From contig OZ245838.1 of NCBI GenBank assembly GCA_965228735.1, positions 896,001-960,000 on the forward strand: 64,000 bases of DNA, given 5' to 3'. The DNA comes from Planctomycetota bacterium (GTDB lineage Bacteria; Planctomycetota; UBA1135; UBA2386). Both the position numbers and the translations under genes were made by a program. Below the pieces are notes generated by a model. It was not told the origin of the DNA and did no database searches. It was given only the letters and a program-made list of their open reading frames with translations. Positions within the stretch are counted from its first letter, which is position 1, and each line of letters starts with the position of its first letter. This document shows positions 58,186 through 64,000 of this stretch, piece after piece.

Positions 58186-61100
58186 ATGCCTCGAATCGCC
58201 CTCCCTTTCGCGATGGCGTTCTGCCTCGCTCCGGTCAGCCTGCTGTCCGCGCAGAACGAGCGGTTGCCAGAAACGTTCCAGGTCGCGCTCGGCATGCAGC
58301 AGCGCGGCATGCACGAAGAAGCCGCGCGCTACTTCAGTCAGTTCGTCGACCAGAGCCCGCGCCATCCGCTGCGCGCCGAGGCGCACTACCGCGCGGGCGT
58401 GAGTCAGGCCGCGGCCGGTGCGGCGCGCGACGCCGTGCGTTCGCTGCAGTCCGCGTTGCAACGCGGCGGCGAGAACTTCCGCCTCAAGCCGGAGTGTCGG
58501 TATCGCCTCGGCAATCTGCTCCAGGAAGCCGAGGAGCACGCGGCTGCCGCGACCCAGTTCGAGGCGCTCGGCAAGGAAGTGAAGAACGACCACTACCTGC
58601 GCGCCCCCGCGTGGTTCGCGGCCGGCGAGTGTCGCCGGGAACTCGGGGATGACGGCAAGGCCGCCGTGGCATTCGCCGCGAGCGTCGAGTCCGCGACCGG
58701 CGAGCAGCGTGAGTATCTGTTCCCGGGGCTGTATCAGCTCGGTTTCTGTCTGCGGCGCGTCGACGCGCTGCCCGAGGCCGCGACCGTGTTCGCGCGCGCG
58801 GCGGAAGCGGCGCCCGATGCAGCGGCGCAGGGTGAGTGCCGTTACCTCGAAGGGGACACCCTGCTGCGGCTCGAGAAGTACGGGCCGGCCCGGGAGGCCT
58901 TCACGGCCGCGCTGCGCGTCGAGTCGGACTTCCGCGACGATGCCCAGTTCGGTCTCGGCTGGGTCGCGCTCGGCGAGGACGACCAGGAGGCGGCGCGGGC
59001 GGCGTTCGCCGCCGTCGTGGGGGAACATCGCGACTCGCCGCTCGCCGGGAAGGCGCGCCTCGAGCTCGGCCGGTCGTGGTATCGCGCGGAGAACTACGAG
59101 GCCTGCCAACGCGCCCTGACGCCGCTGACGGGCAACAACGTGGCGGCCGACCTGCAGCGCGAGGCGCGTGAGCTGCTCGGCCTGTGCGCGCTCGCGACGG
59201 GTGCCGGCGAACAGGCGGTGGCGACGTTGCAGAAGTCGATCAGCGAGGCGGCCGCGGCGGATCGCCCGCGGCTGTCGTTCGCGCTTGGCGAAGCGCACGC
59301 CAACCTCGGGCAGTGGCAGGAGGCGGCCGCGGCCTACGCGAAGGTGCCGGCGGGAGCCGGGCCGGAGCTGTTCGGTGACGCGCTCTACGGCCACTGCTTC
59401 GCCCTGCACATGCTCGGCGCGCACGAACAGTCGAACGATCGCGCGCGGGCGTTGCTGGCCTTGCAGCCGGCGCACCGCCTCGCGCCCCATGCCAGGTTCG
59501 CGGTCGCGGAGAACCTGTTCCTCATGCAGGACTATCCCGGCGCGGCCGAGGTCTACGGCGCGCTCGAGGGCAGCGACGAGTTCGGCGAGCGGGCCGCCTG
59601 GAAGCTCGCCTGGTGCGCCTACCTGCAGGACGACAAACAGAACGCGGCGGCTCGCTTCGGCAGGCTCGCCGCGTCGGACGCGGGGTTCGCCGAGGAGGCG
59701 CTGGCAATGACGGCGCTCGCGCTGCTCGAGGCCGGCAACGCCGACGCGGCGTTGACCGAGGCCGACCGCTACCGGGCGCGGTACCGCGAGGGCGCGTTCC
59801 TCGACCGCACGGAACGGGTCGCGGCGCGCGTGCTGCGGCAGCGCGGCAACCTGGCCGGGGCGCGCCGCCGCCTCGAGCGGGCCGCGGCCGCGGCAGGCAA
59901 CGAGCAGGAGGCGACGGGCGATCGCCTGGAGCAGGCCGAGCTCGCGTACCAGGAGGGCGACTACGAGGCCGCCGACGGTTTGTTCGAACCGTTGATGGGC
60001 CGCGACGACGCGACGGGCGCGCGCGCGATCGCGGGCCGCGCGTGGTGCGCGTTCGAGCTCGGCGACGACGAGCGCTGCAGCGCGCTGATCGCGCGCGGAC
60101 TCGGCCATCCCCACAAAGGCGAGGTGCCGGGTCTCCTCGAGCTGAAGTCGGCGGTGTGTCACCGGCAGTCGGACTGGCCGGGTGCGATCGAGGTCGCGCA
60201 GACCTACCTGCGCTCGTTCGCCGATCACAGCAAGGCGCCGGCGATGCGCTACGCGCTCGGGGTGGCGCAGGCGCGCAACGAGGATCACGCCGCGGCATGC
60301 GCGACGCTCGCGGCGCTCGAACGTGACGGCGGCTACGAGCGGCCGGACCGCGTGCAGTACGAGCTCGCCTGGGCCTGCCGTCGCGCCGGCCAGGAGAACG
60401 AAGCGCTCGCGGCGTTCGCGCGCCTGCTCATCGGGACCAAGGACGAGGAGCTGGCCGGCGAGGCGCGGCTGCATCTCGGCGTCGCGGCGCTCGAGAACGA
60501 CAAGACCCCGGAAGCGACGGGCTTGCTCGCGGCCGTCCGCGGCAGCCACCGTGGCCGCGCGCTGTATCAGCTCGCGTTCGCCGAGTTCGAGCGCAGCGAG
60601 TCGCAGCGCGGGGCCGAGCGGGACAAGACGTTGAGCACCGCCCGCACGCGATTCGACGAGGTCGCGGGGCGTCAGGGTGAGCCGCTGGCCGGCGAGGCGC
60701 TCTACCTCGGTGCCGAATGCAGCCAGAAGCTCGGTGACCACGAAGGGGCGGTCGCGCGCGCCCGGCGGTTGCTGGACGCGATGCCGGACCACGAACGCGG
60801 TGACCGCGCCCGGCTCGTGCTCGGTGAATCCGCCGTCGCGCTCGGTCAGGGGGATCTCGCCGTGCCCGCGCTGGAACGCTTCCTGCGCGACGGCGAACCC
60901 GAAGGCACGGCCGCGGCGCGCGGTCACCTGGCGCTCGGGCGCGCGCGCCTGCTGCGGGGCGAGTGCAAGCGGGCGGAGTCGTCGTTCCAGAAGGTGACGG
61001 CGATCAGCGAGGGGCCGCTCGGCGCCGAGGCGCAGTACCGCATCGGCGAGGCCCGGCAGCAGGACGGCAACCTGCAGGGCGCGGCGGACGCGTTCGTCAA

Positions 61101-61278
61101 ACTGCCGATCCTCTACGCCCACGAGGAGTGGGTGCGGAAGGGGCTGCTCGCGGCCGGGATGACCTACCAGCAGCTGCGGCAACCGCAGAAGGCGAGCCGC
61201 TTCTTCGAAGAACTCCAGTCCAAGTATCCCGACAGCCCCGAGGCGGCCGCAGCGAAGGCGCGCCAGCGCAACGGCTGA
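58186..61278 (+). CDS. Large exported TPR protein (CpoB/YbgF-like repeats)
   Basis: Signal peptide; TPR-like repeats throughout; C-terminal LQSKYPDSPEA. Confidence 0.85.
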   Translation: MPRIALPFAMAFCLAPVSLLSAQNERLPETFQVALGMQQRGMHEEAARYFSQFVDQSPRHPLRAEAHYRAGVSQAAAGAARDAVRSLQSALQRGGENFRLKPECRYRLGNLLQEAEEHAAAATQFEALGKEVKNDHYLRAPAWFAAGECRRELGDDGKAAVAFAASVESATGEQREYLFPGLYQLGFCLRRVDALPEAATVFARAAEAAPDAAAQGECRYLEGDTLLRLEKYGPAREAFTAALRVESDFRDDAQFGLGWVALGEDDQEAARAAFAAVVGEHRDSPLAGKARLELGRSWYRAENYEACQRALTPLTGNNVAADLQREARELLGLCALATGAGEQAVATLQKSISEAAAADRPRLSFALGEAHANLGQWQEAAAAYAKVPAGAGPELFGDALYGHCFALHMLGAHEQSNDRARALLALQPAHRLAPHARFAVAENLFLMQDYPGAAEVYGALEGSDEFGERAAWKLAWCAYLQDDKQNAAARFGRLAASDAGFAEEALAMTALALLEAGNADAALTEADRYRARYREGAFLDRTERVAARVLRQRGNLAGARRRLERAAAAAGNEQEATGDRLEQAELAYQEGDYEAADGLFEPLMGRDDATGARAIAGRAWCAFELGDDERCSALIARGLGHPHKGEVPGLLELKSAVCHRQSDWPGAIEVAQTYLRSFADHSKAPAMRYALGVAQARNEDHAAACATLAALERDGGYERPDRVQYELAWACRRAGQENEALAAFARLLIGTKDEELAGEARLHLGVAALENDKTPEATGLLAAVRGSHRGRALYQLAFAEFERSESQRGAERDKTLSTARTRFDEVAGRQGEPLAGEALYLGAECSQKLGDHEGAVARARRLLDAMPDHERGDRARLVLGESAVALGQGDLAVPALERFLRDGEPEGTAAARGHLALGRARLLRGECKRAESSFQKVTAISEGPLGAEAQYRIGEARQQDGNLQGAADAFVKLPILYAHEEWVRKGLLAAGMTYQQLRQPQKASRFFEELQSKYPDSPEAAAAKARQRNG

Positions 61279-61296
61279 ACCCCGAGGTAGCCAAGC

Positions 61297-61995
61297 ATGC
61301 TCTCGTTCGCGAACACGTTCCCGCAGGAGCCGACGGTCGTTGCGACCGTGGGTGAGTTCTTCGATGCCGGTGGGGCGCTCATGTGGGCGATCCTCGCCTG
61401 CTCCGTCGTCGTCGTCGGGCTCGCGCTCGAACGCTACCTGTCGTTGCGGCGCGGGCGGATCCTGCCGCGCGTCGTCGTCGATTCCGTCGAGCAGATCGAG
61501 CAGGGCCGGGTCGACGTGGTCGCTGACGGGATGCTCGCGTCCAAGGCGCCCGCGGGTCGCGTGCTCGCGGCTGGCATCCGGCGGCGGGGTCGCGTCCTGA
61601 GCGAGGTCGAGAAGGCGATGGAGGACCAGATGCTGAAGGAGCAGGCCCGCCTGCGCGGCAACATCCGCGGCATCACGCTGTGTGCCGCGATCGCGCCGTT
61701 GCTCGGTCTGCTCGGCACCGTGCTCGGCATCGCGGACGCGTTCGCGGCGGTCGAGCAGACCGGTCTCGGTTCGGCGGACGGCAGCGAAGCGCTCGCAGCG
61801 GGCATCAAGTCGGCGCTCTACACGACGATCTTCGGCCTCGGCGTCGCGATCCCGGCGACGCTGCTGTCCGCGCACCTGCACGCGCGCGTGCGGCGGCTGA
61901 TCCTCGTCGCGAGCGATGCCCTCGCGCCGGCGATCGATCGTCTCGCGCCGGCGGTGGGACCGCAGCGCAGCGAAGGGGAGCACCATGCGGCTTGA
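61297..61995 (+). CDS. exbB: MotA/TolQ/ExbB proton channel family protein
   Basis: GGALMWAI, APLLGLLGTVLGI, ALYTTIFGLGVAIPA. Confidence 0.9.
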   Translation: MLSFANTFPQEPTVVATVGEFFDAGGALMWAILACSVVVVGLALERYLSLRRGRILPRVVVDSVEQIEQGRVDVVADGMLASKAPAGRVLAAGIRRRGRVLSEVEKAMEDQMLKEQARLRGNIRGITLCAAIAPLLGLLGTVLGIADAFAAVEQTGLGSADGSEALAAGIKSALYTTIFGLGVAIPATLLSAHLHARVRRLILVASDALAPAIDRLAPAVGPQRSEGEHHAA

Positions 61996-62404
61996 CCTCG
62001 AGAGCGGCAGCGAGTCGGACGACGTCATCAACATGATGCCGCTCGTCGACGTGGTGTTCCTGCTGCTGATCTTCTTCCTGGCGGCCACGACGTTCGCGCG
62101 CAACGAGGTCGAGCTCGACCTCAAGCTGCCGAAGGCGCGGTCCGGCGAGGCCAGCACGCCGGTGCAACGCCTCGTCGTCAACGTGTTCGCGGATGGCCGG
62201 ATCGTCGTCGACGGTCGCGAGGTCACGGTGGAGGCGTTGCGGCAGAAGCTCGCGGCGGCCGCGCGCCGCAACCGCGAACAGTCCGTGCTCGTGCGCGGCG
62301 ATCGCTCGGCGCAGTTCGGCGTCGGCATCGCGGTGCTCGACGCGTGCAAGCTCGCCAAGATCACGAAGGTCGACTTCGGCGCGTTGCCCGAAGCCGGTCG
62401 CTGA
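61985..62404 (+). CDS. exbD: ExbD/TolR family protein
   Basis: INMMPLVDVVFLLLIFF with the conserved TM Asp; LKLPKA; VRGD. Confidence 0.92.
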   Translation: MRLDLESGSESDDVINMMPLVDVVFLLLIFFLAATTFARNEVELDLKLPKARSGEASTPVQRLVVNVFADGRIVVDGREVTVEALRQKLAAAARRNREQSVLVRGDRSAQFGVGIAVLDACKLAKITKVDFGALPEAGR

Positions 62405-62446
62405 GCTCCCAAACCCACCTTCGCCCCGCCTCCTTCCGACGATCCG

Positions 62447-64000
62447 ATGCGTGATGCTTCCCGCCGCTGGTTGATGCGCCTGTGCTGGGCCGGCGCGCTC
62501 GTTTCGGGTGCGTTGCTCGTCGGTCTGCGTGTCGGGCGGCCGGTCTACTACACCGACGGCGGGCGCGAGATCGCCGCGACCGAGGTCGCCGGTGCGGGCA
62601 TGCTCGTCTGGCAGACGCCCGAGGCGACGGTGGAGCTGCCGGGTCCGGTCGAGGGCCGGGTGACCGAGCTGCCGGACGGCAGGTTGCTCTACGGCGTGCG
62701 GACGGCCGACGAGACGACGGACCTCGTCGTGTTCGACCCGGAACGGCCGGACGTGCCGCCCGAGCCCGCGTACGGCCTCAACACCCGCGACAACGAACTT
62801 GCGCCCGCGTGCGCGAGTGACGGCGCGATCTACTTCGCATCGGATCGCGACGGCGACGACGCGGTGGGTGGCTACGACATCTACCGGTCGACCTGGACCC
62901 CGCGCGGCTTCACGCGGCCCGCCGCGGTCGTGGTCTGCAACACGGCGCTCGACGAGACGGACCCGGCGCCGAGCCCGGACGGTGCCATGTTCGCGTTCGT
63001 GCGGATCGATCCGCGTGTCAAGAACGGCGATGACGGCACCCTGCTGCACTGCCGGCTCGGCAGCGGCGTCGAGCCCGAACGCGTTTTCCCCGATCTCGGC
63101 ACCTCGCGCCGGGTCGTCGACCGCGACCCCGCGTTCTCGCCCGACGGCGGCGCGCTGTGGTTCGTGCGGCGCGAAGTGGGCAGGCCGCTCGCGCTGATGC
63201 GCGTGAGCACGCTCGGAGATCGCTTCGATCAGCCGGTCGCGGTCGGTGAAGACTGGGCGATGGGTCACCTGCGCGGCCCGTTGCCCGGCAGCGACGGCAT
63301 GACGCTGGGCCTGCTGCAGGGCGCGTCGGACAGTGAAGGTCGGCACCTCTGGTTCGTCTCGGAGGCGCGCGAGATCTACCCGTGGTGGTCAGGACAGCGC
63401 TGGCTCGAGTACCTGCTGCTCGGCCTGTTCGCGACGTTCGTGCTGCTGCTCGTGCTGCTGCATCTCGGCCGCCGCTGGCGCACGCTCGACCTGCTGGCGC
63501 AGTGTCTGCTGCTCTCCCTGCTCGTCCACATCCTGCTGTTCCTGTGGCTCATGGGCGTCGAGATCACGGGCGCGTTGATGCGCGGGAACGAGGACGGCGG
63601 CAGCCTCGAGGTCACGATCTCGAGCGTGATGGACGCGAGCGACTCGGCAAGCCAGGGCTCGGGGCCGCGGTCGGAAGCGATCGCGGCGCTCGTGCGGTTC
63701 GACCCGACGGAACGCTCGTTCGACGTGAGCGCGCCGACCGCGGCCACCGAACGCGCGCCCTCGCCGCAGCCCGTCGAGGCGTCCGACTCGCAGTACGACG
63801 CGACGATCGCGGCCGAGGACGCCGCGGACCGGGCCGTCGACCAGACCGCGGTCACCGCGGCGATGGCCGATGAGCAGGAGATCGCGCCCACCCGCGACGG
63901 CGCCGACGCCGCGCTCGCGACGTCCGCCCAGGCGCTGCCGACGGTCGAGAGCAGCGAACGCGCCGCGACGGCGGCCACGGAGTCGAACCTCACGCCGAAT
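62447..64000 (+). CDS. Membrane protein with PD40/TolB-like repeats and TonB/TolA-type SxxxH helix (runs off the window edge)
   Basis: Hand translation, open to 64000, absent from the ORF track: NELAPA..DG.IYFASDR..GGYDIY, DPAPSPDG, DPAFSPDG, two more TMs including LLSLLVHILL, then an Ala/Thr/Asp/Glu-rich linker. Confidence 0.8.
   Translation, partial: MRDASRRWLMRLCWAGALVSGALLVGLRVGRPVYYTDGGREIAATEVAGAGMLVWQTPEATVELPGPVEGRVTELPDGRLLYGVRTADETTDLVVFDPERPDVPPEPAYGLNTRDNELAPACASDGAIYFASDRDGDDAVGGYDIYRSTWTPRGFTRPAAVVVCNTALDETDPAPSPDGAMFAFVRIDPRVKNGDDGTLLHCRLGSGVEPERVFPDLGTSRRVVDRDPAFSPDGGALWFVRREVGRPLALMRVSTLGDRFDQPVAVGEDWAMGHLRGPLPGSDGMTLGLLQGASDSEGRHLWFVSEAREIYPWWSGQRWLEYLLLGLFATFVLLLVLLHLGRRWRTLDLLAQCLLLSLLVHILLFLWLMGVEITGALMRGNEDGGSLEVTISSVMDASDSASQGSGPRSEAIAALVRFDPTERSFDVSAPTAATERAPSPQPVEASDSQYDATIAAEDAADRAVDQTAVTAAMADEQEIAPTRDGADAALATSAQALPTVESSERAATAATESNLTPN

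Noticed and set aside
58048..62418. 1456-aa minus-strand ORF and similar long ORFs (e.g. 19810..22119, the 5' part of 31577..35206)
   Set aside because: Antisense shadows of real genes in high-GC DNA; Arg/Ala/Gly-rich with no motifs.

Overview
GC-rich (about 70% by eye), gene-dense bacterial chromosome segment with about 52 CDS. I found no rRNA, tRNA, CRISPR array, transposase or phage genes. Gene content (many large secreted beta-propeller proteins, DUF1080, a GldAFG-DUF4340 ABC module, TPR-ExbB-ExbD) suggests Planctomycetota; this is inference. Recognisable genes: clpS, tgt, ruvB, a truncated globin, prolyl oligopeptidase, two NDP-sugar epimerases plus rmlA/rmlD/rmlB, lutABC, rsmE, miaB, ribD, exbB/exbD. 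Most ORF-track entries are GC-rich shadow frames, and several starts were corrected by hand. Most notable observations: (1) a Tol/Ton-like motor operon whose fourth gene fuses a TolB-like PD40 propeller to a TonB/TolA-type SxxxH helix; (2) a shared domain of about 110-140 aa on four unrelated secreted proteins, plus an unannotated 42-codon orphan copy of its C-terminal end; (3) a 215-bp TTAA-bounded element with a perfect 25-bp terminal inverted repeat; (4) a gene that appears to start at ATC behind a structured, SD-occluding leader; (5) many TANNNT boxes 6-9 nt before start codons, suggesting leaderless mRNAs; (6) dispersed REP-like palindromes.
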